Origin: Lingula anatina | Taxonomy: Eukaryota; Animalia; Brachiopoda | Direction: 5' to 3' | NCBI GenBank assembly: GCA_051362555.1 | Contig: JBPQGU010000016.1 | Coordinates: forward strand, 4,898,001 to 4,962,000 | DNA: 64,000 bases | Shown: positions 38,220-50,400 of the stretch, one piece after another | Position numbering within the stretch: position 1 is the stretch's first letter | Layout: each line of letters opens with the position of its first letter | Notes under the pieces: generated by a model | The model's database searches: none | The model's input: the letters and a program-made list of their open reading frames with translations, nothing else | Told to the model about the DNA's origin: nothing | Program-made: the position numbers and the translations under genes

Positions 38220-38916
38220 GGTCTTGCTCACATTCCCAAAAGTGAGAGTATAATATGCCTTTGGTCCATGCAACCAGATCTCTTGTCCTCCTTGTCTGTT
38301 CAGCCTAAAATATAAAATTGCAAGACAGCTATATAATTCTTAATGCATAACTCTATTAAAAAGGAAAATGTCCATGATAGAAAAAACTCATTTATTTTTT
38401 CTACCTGAAGATATGGAAAATGGTGCAATAGTTTGTGTTGTTCTCATGCATATCTACTCACAGTGATTATCTTCTTTCCAAGATTTTTGCCCCATGCCAA
38501 ATCACCCACGAATGTTTTATCCCGACTCATTTTTTTTTCTGAAATAAGGAAAATTTAGCTAAATATATAGAGAGATATAACAAAAAATCGCAAGAATTGC
38601 AACTAAATAATCACATCAGGTAGATACATTTCACATACTAAATTTGCTTTCTAATTATTATAGTAAGACCTAAACAGCACTTTGTACTTAAGTGTGCAAC
38701 AAGGGCATCTTTGACCACTTCTGTTGCACTGATTCCTTTTTTTTTTCAGGAAATCCATAGCCCTGACAAACCCTTCCTTCTCCATTACAGAGCTACTCAG
38801 CTTGGTTTCTTTCTTCCTTACAACTTCTGCTTGCAACACATCCCCTGTTTCATAGTCAACAATAATGCTCGCGCAATATTGTGCACTATGTCCTGGGCTG
38901 TCCATTCTGCCATCAA
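38220..38916 (-). pseudogene. Intron-containing Kolobok-type DDE transposase relic (three exon remnants)
   Basis: ttcatag|DGRMDSPGHSAQYC...SSSVMEKEGFVRAMDFL, A-run frameshift, then EVVKDA; next remnant IKHSWVIWH/AKNLGKK; next ttttag|AEQTRRTRDLVAWTKGILYSHFWEC. Matches the DGRxDSPG, MEKEG, TD, DxWH and NHxWW motif order of Kolobok transposases as I recall them. Confidence 0.8.
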
Positions 38917-39137
38917 CTATGAATAAATGGGATATATCGAAACACGGACATCATAAATATGTGGTGCGACAATTCCTAAAACAACACTTGGTGGGATTTA
39001 GGACACATTCCTATAGACACCACAGGTCTACATTGATCGACCAGACTTGGCATGGATTTTCACTGCTATCAGCTGAATAGGTACCCCCCCCCTCTAAGAA
39101 ATAAAATTGTTCATGTTCCTTTTGTTGATATATATTT

Positions 39138-39141
<4 letters not shown>

Positions 39142-39192
<51 letters not shown>
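39142..39192. repeat. (TA)n microsatellite
   Basis: About 25 perfect TA units. Confidence 0.98.
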
Positions 39193-39197
<5 letters not shown>

Positions 39198-39969
39198 CCA
39201 AAGGAATAGAGGGTAATAAGTCATACTCAAATTATATTTTAGGATGCCAACCCATGTTATTTTTCATCTTACTCCTTCTCAAAGTGTGTCTTGCCTTTAA
39301 ATGTAAAGCTCTATGTTATTTAATGAAAGACAATATAAGTTCCATCTGTTTAGAGATGTATGTCGGTCTGCTTTATAGCAATTAAGTCCCTGCTGTGGTT
39401 TAGGCCTACTGGTCACAACCAGAACATCAGAACCACTGCTTCCATCCACCGCTTCTACTTGTGGACATGGGTACACTTGATATAGAAACAAAACACGCAT
39501 TAAGTTAAAATTTTAGATTAATCCATTTAATCCATAAAGTTTAAATAACACATTTGCAATAAAGTTTTTGATTAAGTTTTTTATCAGAATTAAAATAGAT
39601 TATTCTAATAATGTTATTAAAGTATGTGCCCTTTTTCAAATGCAAAGAATGCAAAGCAACCCTTATATATACATGTACCTGTATATAAATATGTTTGATA
39701 AGATCTATTGGAGATATTTAAGCACATTTAAAAGACACTCACTCAGAAACAGAGTTTTCAATATCGCTTAATTTGGGATCAGGAATGGACTTAGCAGTGG
39801 TCCTCACCCTCGCCTGAACAAAGAAGCTCAACCAAATCAAGAACAAATCAATATCCGAATAACGACGGTGATATGGCCCTGCTGGCGCATATTAATTTCG
39901 TGATCTGTAAACACAGGGAATCAGCAGTTGTAAACATTATCTTATAGTATATTTTGAACAAGCGGTCTG

Positions 39970-40049
39970 TACAGGGAGGGGGGGGGGGGGGCGGGGTCGG
40001 CCCGCCCCCTTAAAATATTCCTGGATCCGCCCCTGGATCCGCCACATGG
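39970..40049. mobile_element. Collapsed MITE remnant with tandemly duplicated right terminus
   Basis: CAGGGAG(G)n ... CCTGGATCCGCC CCTGGATCCGCC ACATG; same terminus type as the other MITEs. Confidence 0.55.
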
Positions 40050-41475
40050 TACCTATCTGTATCCTTGGACCTAAATAGGTCCAAGCTGTATCTTAAAAAA
40101 AAAAAAAAAAAACTGCTGGTATATGATAGACGGGAAGAGGGAGCGCATGGGAAATGACGGTGTAGGCCGGATCTAAAGCCTTCCACAGTTTCAGCAGTAA
40201 CTTGTTGGTCACTTCGTTCATTCCACTCGGAGACTGTTCTGGTAAAGAAAGAGTTTCAAACTGGTGTGTCGCAGTGTGATTCTTGCACTTTAGAGTTTGT
40301 TTTAAATCCTAATATTAGTACATAAATGTAATTTATTCTAAAATGTGAGGCCTAATAATAAGGAGCTACGGGCAAATTTCTTCAACAATCAGTTTCTTTT
40401 TCAAACTGATTGTTTGACACATCATGATAACAACGGAAACCACCAAACTTCAATTAAGATAATTAATTGTATTTATGTAGCAAATGGTTTGTTTTAGTGG
40501 TGGTATTAACTTTTTGGTAATACATCAACGTTTTGTTTATAGGAAATTAGTCTGGTTAGTTAGTAGTAGGTAGTAGGATGGTAGTTTGGGTCTTGTGTCT
40601 GCACATTTTTACCTTAAGTACAGTAGTTGACCAAGGCAAGGTGATAACAGATGTCCCGGGTTAAGGAATTTCTTAGCTGCTGTGTATCTAGGCACACATA
40701 TTTGCACCCCCACCTTTAATAATTACATATTTCTTTATAGGTACCCGCACGAAAATGCAGTAGTATCGAAGTAGCAAAGCGGCGGGAGCATATTTGCAGA
40801 ATAGCCTACTGCAATTCTACTCCAAAAAGTAGGCCTACATAGGTTTGTACAGAGAGGAGCATAAATGCATAATTTTTTAAATTCCCATGACAAAACACCC
40901 CGGTGACTCCCTTCGCCACATACGTTTTCATGTAATTATTAAACAGAGCAAAAAATCTCCCTATTTCTGTAGAATTATAAATTTTATGAAAGATGTTTTT
41001 GGGACTAATTCTATCGAGCTGCATTCAGTGAGAAGTCATTCAGCTTTGTAGCTGCGGAGATATTGACGGCCGCACTAAAAAATTCCTGCAAAACTGCATG
41101 AACAAAATATTTTGGTGAAACATTTCCTATTCTCATAGACAGCAGACTCACTGACGTAACTACCAATGCCACAAAACTTAAGTGTCAAAAAGTTACTTTT
41201 CATACCGCCAGTACTGTAATTGAACATATGCATTCTCTTGTTTGTAAACAAACCACTGCACTGCTCACAGTCGTAAGCTCCCTCCGCCAGATGTCCGAAA
41301 CTGTACAGCACTGAGCCAGGTCTCGACCAAAAATAAGAAGCAATTTAGGCCCCAACCTGCTACTTGACACCAAATTAACCACTAGCAACACACAAAAAAT
41401 GTCAGGAAAAAAACTAGAACTAGAAACAATCACTAATTTTTCACGCAGAACTTCATTCGTTATAACAGTCCATGA

Positions 41476-44400
41476 TTGGCCAGGTAGGGATGAAAAATTT
41501 TTTTTCTTCATTATAGTGTCAGGTAGGTGTGTTCGGTCATTTGTAGTAAGAATAAAGTGCTGGAAGAGTGGTGGTGTCAACATTAAGGAAGAAATAGAGC
41601 AAAAACTCTGTCTCCCCCCCCCCCTCTCAGATTCTGTTCTCAGAGCTTATTTTTGGATCATCTTTAAAGCTAGAATTGGGGGCCTTGATGAAGTGACCCG
41701 GGCGCGTTTCCACATTTTTTATGAATGACAGGTGTGGTAGATTGATTTTCGTCACTTTTTGGAAAAATCGGAGACGGGTCGATTTTTGGTGATTTTGAGT
41801 GATTTTGAACAGTGCCGGCACTGTGAGATTTCTTCAATTTTGGCCAGGTAGGGATGAAAATTTTTTTTCTTCATTATAGTGTCAGGTAGGTGTGTTCGGT
41901 CATTTGTAGTAAGAATAAAGTGCTGGAAGAGTGGTGGTGTCAACATTAAGGAAGAAATAGAGCAAAAACTCTGTCTCCCCCCACCCCAGATTCTGTTCTC
42001 AGAGCTTATTTTTGGATCATCTTTAAAGCTAGAATTGGGGGCCTTGATGAAGTGACCCGGGCGCGTTTCCACATTTTTTATGAATGACAGGTGTGGTAGA
42101 TTGATTTTCTTCACTTTTTGGAAAAATCGGAGACGGGTCGATTTTTGGTGATTTTGAGTGATTTTGAACAGTGCCGGCACTGTGAGATTTCTTCAATTTT
42201 GGCCAGGTAGGGATGAAAATTTTTTTTCTTCATTATAGTGTCAGGTAGGTGTTTTCGGTCATTTGTAGTAAGAATAAAGTGCTGGAAGAGTGGTGGTGTC
42301 AACATTAAGGAAGAAATAGAGCAAAAACTCTGTCTCCTCCCCCCCCCCCCCTCTTAGATTCTGTTCTCAGAGCTTATTTTTGGATCATCTTTAAAGCTAG
42401 AATTGGGGGCCTTGATGAAGTGACCCGGGCGCGTTTCCACATTTTTTATGAATGACAGGTGTGGTAGATTGATTTTCGTCACTTCTTGGAAAAATCGGAG
42501 ACGGGTCGATTTTTGGTGATTTTGAGTGATTTTGAACAGTGCCGGCACTGTGAGATTTCTTCAATTTTGGCCAGGTAGGGATGAAAATTTTTTTTCTTCA
42601 TTATAGTGTCAGGTAGGTGTGTTCGGTCATTTGTAGTAAGAATAAAGTGCTGGAAGAGTGGTGGTGTCAACATTAAGGAAGAAATAGAGCAAAAACTCTG
42701 TCTCCCCCCCCCCCCCCTCTTAGATTCTGTTCTCAGAGCTTATTTTTGGATCATCTTTAAAGCTAGAATTGGGGGCCTTGATGAAGTGACCCGGGCGCGT
42801 TTCCACATTTTTTATGAATGACAGGTGTGGTAGATTGATTTTCGTCACTTTTTGGAAAAATCGGAGACGGGTCGATTTTTGGTGATTTTGAGTGATTTTG
42901 AACAGTGCCGGCACTGTGAGATTTCTTCAATTTTGGCCAGGTAGGGATGAAAAATTTTTTTCTTCATTATAGTGTCAGGTAGGTGTGTTCGGTCATTTGT
43001 AGTAAGAATAAAGTGCTGGAAGAGTGGTGGTGTCAACATTAAGGAAGAAATAGAGCAAAAACTCTGTCTCCCCCCCCCCCCCCCCTCTTAGATTCTGTTC
43101 TCAGAGCTTATTTTTGGATCATCTTTAAAGCTAGAATTGGGGGCCTTGATGAAGTGACCCGGGCGCGTTTCCACATTTTTTATGAATGACAGGTGTGGTA
43201 GATTGATTTTCGTCACTTTTTGGAAAAATCGGAGACGGGTCGATTTTTGGTGATTTTGAGTGATTTTGAACAGTGCCGGCACTGTGAGATTTCTTCAATT
43301 TTGGCCAGGTAGGGATGAAAATTTTTTTTCTTCATTATAGTGTCAGGTAGGTGTGTTCGGTCATTTGTAGTAAGAATAAAATGCTGGAAGAGTGGTGGTG
43401 TCAACATTAAGGAAGAAATAGAGCAAAAACTCTGTCTCCCCCCCCCCCCCTCTCAGATTCTGTTCTCAGAGCTTATTTTTGGATCATCTTTAAAGCTAGA
43501 ATTGGGGGCCTTGATGAAGTGACCCGGGCACGTTTCCACATTTTTTATGAATGACAGGTGTGGTAGATTGATTTTCATCACTTTTTGGAAAAATCGGAGA
43601 CGAGTCGATTTTTGGTGATTTTGAGTGATTTTGAACAGTGCCGGCACTGTGAGATTTCTTCAATTTTGGCCAGGTAGGGATGAAAATTTTTTTTCTTCAT
43701 TATAGTGTCAGGTAGGTGTGTTCGGTCATTTGTAGTAAGAATAAAGTGCTGGAAGAGTGGTGGTGTCAACATTAAGGAAGAAATAGAGCAAAAACTCTGT
43801 CTCCCCCCCCCCCTCTTAGATTCTGTTCTCAGAGCTTATTTTTGGATCATCTTTAAAGCTAGAATTGGGGGCCTTGATGAAGTGACCCGGGCGCGTTTCC
43901 ACATTTTTTATGAATGATAGGTGTGGTAGATTGATTTTCGTCACTTTTTGGAAAAATCGGAGACGGGTCGATTTTTGGTGATTTTGAGTGATTTTGAACA
44001 GTGCCGGCACTGTGAGATTTCTTCAATTTTGGCCAGGTAGGGATGAAAATTTTTTTTCTTCATTATAGTGTCAGGTAGGTGTGTTCGGTCATTTGTAGTA
44101 AGAATAAAGTGCTGGAAGAGTGGTGGTGTCAACATTAAGGAAGAAATAGAGCAAAAACTCTGTCTCCCCCCACCCCAGATTCTGTTCTCAGAGCTTATTT
44201 TTGGATCATCTTTAAAGCTAGAATTGGGGGCCTTGATGAAGTGACCCGGGCGCGTTTCCACATTTTTTATGAATGACAGGTGTGGTAGATTGATTTTCTT
44301 CACTTTTTGGAAAAATCGGAGACGGGTCGATTTTTGGTGATTTTGAGTGATTTTGAACAGTGCCGGCACTGTGAGATTTCTTCAATTTTGGCCAGGTAGG

Positions 44401-47400
44401 GATGAAAATTTTTTTTCTTCATTATAGTGTCAGGTAGGTGTGTTCGGTCATTTGTAGTAAGAATAAAGTGCTGGAAGAGTGGTGGTGTCAACATTAAGGA
44501 AGAAATAGAGCAAAAACTCTGTCTCCCCCCCCCCCCCCCCCCCCTCTTAGATTCTGTTCTCAGAGCTTATTTTTGGATCATCTTTAAAGCTAGAATTGGG
44601 GGCCTTGATGAAGTGACCCGGGCGCGTTTCCACATTTTTTATGAATGACAGGTGTGGTAGATTGATTTTCGTCACTTTTTGGAAAAATCGGAGACGGGTC
44701 GATTTTTGGTGATTTTGAGTGATTTTGAACAGTGCCGGCACTGTGAGATTTCTTCAATTTTGGCCAGGTAGGGATGAAAATTTTTTTTCTTCATTATAGT
44801 GTCAGGTAGGTGTGTTCGGTCATTTGTAGTAAGAATAAAATGCTGGAAGAGTGGTGGTGTCAACATTAAGGAAGAAATAGAGCAAAAACTCTGTCTCCCC
44901 CCCCCCCCCCTCTCAGATTCTGTTCTCAGAGCTTATTTTTGGATCATCTTTAAAGCTAGAATTGGGGGCCTTGATGAAGTGACCCGGGCACGTTTCCACA
45001 TTTTTTATGAATGACAGGTGTGGTAGATTGATTTTCATCACTTTTTGGAAAAATCGGAGACGAGTCAATTTTTGGTGATTTTGAGTGATTTTGAACAGTG
45101 CCGGCACTGTGAGATTTCTTCAATTTTGGCCAGGTAGGGATGAAAATTTTTTTTCTTCATTATAGTGTCAGGTAGGTGTGTTCGGTCATTTGTAGTAAGA
45201 ATAAAATGCTGGAAGAGTGGTGGTGTCAACATTAAGGAAGAAATAGAGCAAAAACTCTGTCTCCCCCCACCCCAGATTCTGTTCTCAGAGCTTATTTTTG
45301 GATCATCTTTAAAGCTAGAATTGGGGGCCTTGATGAAGTGACCCGGGCGCGTTTCCACATTTTTTATGAATGACAGGTGTGGTAGATTGATTTTCTTCAC
45401 TTTTTGGAAAAATCGGAGACGGGTCGATTTTTGGTGATTTTGAGTGATTTTGAACAGTGCCGGCACTGTGAGATTTCTTCAATTTTGGCCAGGTAGGGAT
45501 GAAAATTTTTTTTCTTCATTATAGTGTCAGGTAGGTGTGTTCGGTCATTTGTAGTAAGAATAAAGTGCTGGAAGAGTGGTGGTGTCAACATTAAGGAAGA
45601 AATAGAGCAAAAACTCTGTCTCCCCCCCCCCCCCCCCTCTTAGATTCTGTTCTCAGAGCTTATTTTTGGATCATCTTTAAAGCTAGAATTGGGGGCCTTG
45701 ATGAAGTGACCCGGGCGCGTTTCCACATTTTTTATGAATGACAGGTGTGGTAGATTGATTTTCGTCACTTTTTGGAAAAATCGGAGACGGGTCGATTTTT
45801 GGTGATTTTGAGTGATTTTGAACAGTGCCGGCACTGTGAGATTTCTTCAATTTTGGCCAGGTAGGGATGAAAATTTTTTTTCTTCATTATAGTGTCAGGT
45901 AGGTGTGTTCGGTCATTTGTAGTAAGAATAAAATGCTGGAAGAGTGGTGGTGTCAACATTAAGGAAGAAATAGAGCAAAAACTCTGTCTCCCCCCCCCCC
46001 CTCTCAGATTCTGTTCTCAGAGCTTATTTTTGGATCATCTTTAAAGCTAGAATTGGGGGCCTTGATGAAGTGACCCGGGCACGTTTCCACATTTTTTATG
46101 AATGACAGGTGTGGTAGATTGATTTTCATCACTTTTTGGAAAAATCGGAGACGAGTCGATTTTTGGTGATTTTGAGTGATTTTGAACAGTGCCGGCACTG
46201 TGAGATTTCTTCAATTTTGGCCAGGTAGGGATGAAAATTTTTTTTCTTCATTATAGTGTCAGGTAGGTGTGTTCGGTCATTTGTAGTAAGAATAAAGTGC
46301 TGGAAGAGTGGTGGTGTCAACATTAAGGAAGAAATAGAGCAAAAACTCTGTCTCCTCCCCCCCCCCCCCCCCCTCTTAGATTCTGTTCTCAGAGCTTATT
46401 TTTGGATCATCTTTAAAGCTAGAATTGGGGGCCTTGATGAAGTGACCCGGGCGCGTTTCCACATTTTTTATGAATGACAGGTGTGGTAGATTGATTTTCG
46501 TCACTTCTTGGAAAAATCGGAGACGGGTCGATTTTTGGTGATTTTGAGTGATTTTGAACAGTGCCGGCACTGTGAGATTTCTTCAATTTTGGCCAGGTAG
46601 GGATGAAAATTTTTTTTCTTCATTATAGTGTCAGGTAGGTGTGTTCGGTCATTTGTAGTAAGAATAAAGTGCTGGAAGAGTGGTGGTGTCAACATTAAGG
46701 AAGAAATAGAGCAAAAACTCTGTCTCCCCCCCCCCCCCCCCTCTTAGATTCTGTTCTCAGAGCTTATTTTTGGATCATCTTTAAAGCTAGAATTGGGGGC
46801 CTTGATGAAGTGACCCGGGCGCATTTCCACATTTTTTATGAATGACAGGTGTGGTAGATTGATTTTCGTCACTTCTTGGAAAAATCGGAGACGGGTCGAT
46901 TTTTGGTGATTTTGAGTGATTTTGAACAGTGCCGGCACTGTGAGATTTCTTCAATTTTGGCCAGGTAGGGATGAAAATTTTTTTTCTTCATTATAGTGTC
47001 AGGTAGGTGTGTTCGGTCATTTGTAGTAAGAATAAAGTGCTGGAAGAGTGGTGGTGTCAACATTAAGGAAGAAATAGAGCAAAAACTCTGTCTCCCCCCC
47101 CCCCCCTCTTAGATTCTGTTCTCAGAGCTTATTTTTGGATCATCTTTAAAGCTAGAATTGGGGGCCTTGATGAAGTGACCCGGGCGCGTTTCCACATTTT
47201 TTATGAATGACAGGTGTGGTAGATTGATTTTCGTCACTTTTTGGAAAAATCGGAGACGGGTCGATTTTTGGTGATTTTGAGTGATTTTGAACAGTGCCGG
47301 CACTGTGAGATTTCTTCAATTTTGGCCAGGTAGGGATGAAAAATTTTTTTCTTCATTATAGTGTCAGGTAGGTGTGTTCGGTCATTTGTAGTAAGAATAA

Positions 47401-50400
47401 AGTGCTGGAAGAGTGGTGGTGTCAACATTAAGGAAGAAATAGAGCAAAAACTCTGTTTCCCCCCCCCTCTCAGATTCTGTTCTCAGAGCTTATTTTTGGA
47501 TCATCTTTAAAGCTAGAATTGGGGGCCTTGATGAAGTGACCCGGGCGCGTTTCCACATTTTTTATGAATGACAGGTGTGGTAGATTGATTTTCGTCACTT
47601 TTTGGAAAAATCGGAGACGGATCGATTTTTGGTGATTTTGAGTGATTTTGAACAGTGCCGGCACTGTGAGATTTCTTCAATTTTGGCCAGGTAGGGATGT
47701 AAATTTTTTTTCTTCATTATAGTGTCAGGTAGGTGTGTTCGGTCATTTGTAGTAAGAATAAAGTGCTGGAAGAGTGGTGGTGTCAACATTAAGGAAGAAA
47801 TAGAGCAAAAACTCTGTCTCCCCCCACCCCCCCCCCCTCTCAGATTCTGTTCTCAGAGCTTATTTTTGGATCATCTTTAAAGCTAGAATTGGGGGCCTTG
47901 ATGAAGTGACCCGGGCGCGTTTCCACATTTTTTATGAATGACAGGTGTGGTAGATTGATTTTCGTCACTTTTTGGAAAAATCGGAGACGGATTGATTTTT
48001 GGTGATTTTGAGTGATTTTGAACAGTGCCAGCACTGTGAGATTTCTTCAATTTTGGCCAGGTAGGGATGAAAATTTTTTTTCTTCATTATAGTGTCAGGT
48101 AGGTGTGTTCGGTCATTTGTAGTAAGAATAAAGTGCTGGAAGAATGGTGGTGTCAACATTAAGGAAGAAATAGAGCAAAAACTCTGTCTCCCCCCCCCCC
48201 CCCCCCCTCTCAGATTCTGTTCTCAGAGCTTATTTTTGGATCATCTTTAAAGCTAGAATTGGGGGCCTTGATGAAGTGACCCGGGCGCGTTTCCACATTT
48301 TTTATGAATGACAGGTGTGGTAGATTGATTTTCGTCACTTTTTGGAAAAATCGGAGACGGATTGATTTTTGGTGATTTTGAGTGATTTTGAACAGTGCCA
48401 GCACTGTGAGATTTCTTCAATTTTGGCCAGGTAGGGATGAAAATTTTTTTTCTTCATTATAGTGTCAGGTAGGTGTGTTCGGTCATTTGTAGTAAGAATA
48501 AAGTGCTGGAAGAGTGGTGGTGTCAACATTAAGGAAGAAATAGAGCAAAAACTCTGTCTCCCCCCCCCCCTCTCAGATTCTGTTCTCAGAGCTTATTTTT
48601 GGATCATCTTTAAAGCTAGAATTGGGGGCCTTGATGAAGTGACCCGGGCGCGTTTCCACATTTTTAATGAATGACAGGTGTGGTAGATTGATTTTCGTCA
48701 CTTTTTGGAAAAATCGGAGACGGATCGATTTTTGGTGATTTTGAGTGATTTTGAACAGTGCCGGCACTGTGAGATTTCTTCAATTTTGGCCAGGTAGGGA
48801 TGAAAATTTTTTTTCTTCATTATAGTGTCAGGTAGGTGTGTTCGGTCATTTGTAGTAAGAATAAAGTGCTGGAAGAGTGGTGGTGTCAACATTAAGGAAG
48901 AAATAGAGCAAAAACTCTGTCTCCCCCCCCCCCTCTCAGATTCTGTTCTCAGAGCTTATTTTTGGATCATCTTTAAAGCTAGAATTGGGGGCCTTGATGA
49001 AGTGACCCAGGCGCGTTTCCACATTTTTTATGAATGACAGGTGTGGTAGATTGATTTTTGTCACTTTTTGGAAAAATCGGAGACGGGTCGATTTTTGGTG
49101 ATTTTGAGTGATTTTGAACAGTGCCGGCACTGTGAGATTTCTTCAATTTTGGCCAGGTAGGGATGAAAATTTTTTTTCTTCATTATAGTGTCAGGTAGGT
49201 GTGTTCGGTCATTTGTAGTAAGAATAAAGTGCTGGAAGAGTGGTGGTGTCAACATTAAGGAAGAAATAGAGCAAAAACTCTGTCTCCCCCCCCCCTCTCA
49301 GATTCTGTTCTCAGAGCTTATTTTTGGATCATCTTTAAAGCTAGAATTGGGGGCCTTGATGAAGTGACCCGGGCGCGTTTCCACATTTTTTATGAATGAC
49401 AGGTGTGGTAGATTGATTTTCGTCACTTTTTGGAAAAATCGGAGACGGGTCGATTTTTGGTGATTTTGAGTGATTTTGAACAGTGCCAGCACTGTGAGAT
49501 TTCTTCAATTTTGGCCAGGTAGGGATGAAAATTTTTTTTCTTCATTATAGTGTCAGATAGGTGTGTTCGGTCATTTGTAGTAAGAATAAAGTGCTGGAAG
49601 AGTGGTGGTGTCAACATTAAGGAAGAAATAGAGCAAAAACTCTGTCTCCCCCCCCCCCCTCTCAGATTCTGTTCTCAGAGCTTATTTTTGGATCATCTTT
49701 AAAGCTAGAATTGGGGGCCTTGATGAAGTGACCCGGGCGCGTTTCCACATTTTTTATGAATGACAGGTGTGGTAGATTGATTTTCGTCACTTTTTGGAAA
49801 AATCGGAGACGGATTGATTTTTGGTGATTTTGAGTGATTTTGAACAGTGCCAGCACTGTGAGATTTCTTCAATTTTGGCCAGGTAGGGATGAAAATTTTT
49901 TTTCTTCATTATAGTGTCAGGTAGGTGTGTTCGGTCATTTGTAGTAAGAATAAAATGCTGGAAGAGTGGTGGTGTCAACATTAAGGAAGAAATAGAGCAA
50001 AAACTCTGTCTCCCCCCCCCCTCTCAGATTCTGTTCTCAGAGCTTATTTTTGGATCATCTTTAAAGCTAGAATTGGGGGCCTTGATGAAGTGACCCGGGC
50101 GCGTTTCCACATTTTTTATGAATGACAGGTGTGGTAGATTGATTTTCATCACTTTTTGGAAAAATCGGAGACGAGTCGATTTTTGGTGATTTTGAGTGAT
50201 TTTGAACAGTGCCGGCACTGTGAGATTTCTTCAATTTTGGCCAGGTAGGGATGAAAATATTTTTTCTTCATTATAGTGTCAGGTAGGTGTGTTCGGTCAT
50301 TTGTAGTAAGAATAAAGTGCTGGAAGAGTGGTGGTGTCAACATTAAGGAAGAAATAGAGCAAAAACTCTGTCTCCTCCCCCCCCCCCCCCCCCCCCCTCT

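Noticed and set aside
39107-39385. ORF with an IYIY run
   Set aside because: Translation of the (TA)n microsatellite.
30810-40751. CGTGCGGGTGC (~30810) and GTACCCGCACG (40741) as TIRs of a giant element enclosing the array
   Set aside because: Only 10 of 11 bases match, no TSD, compatible with chance.
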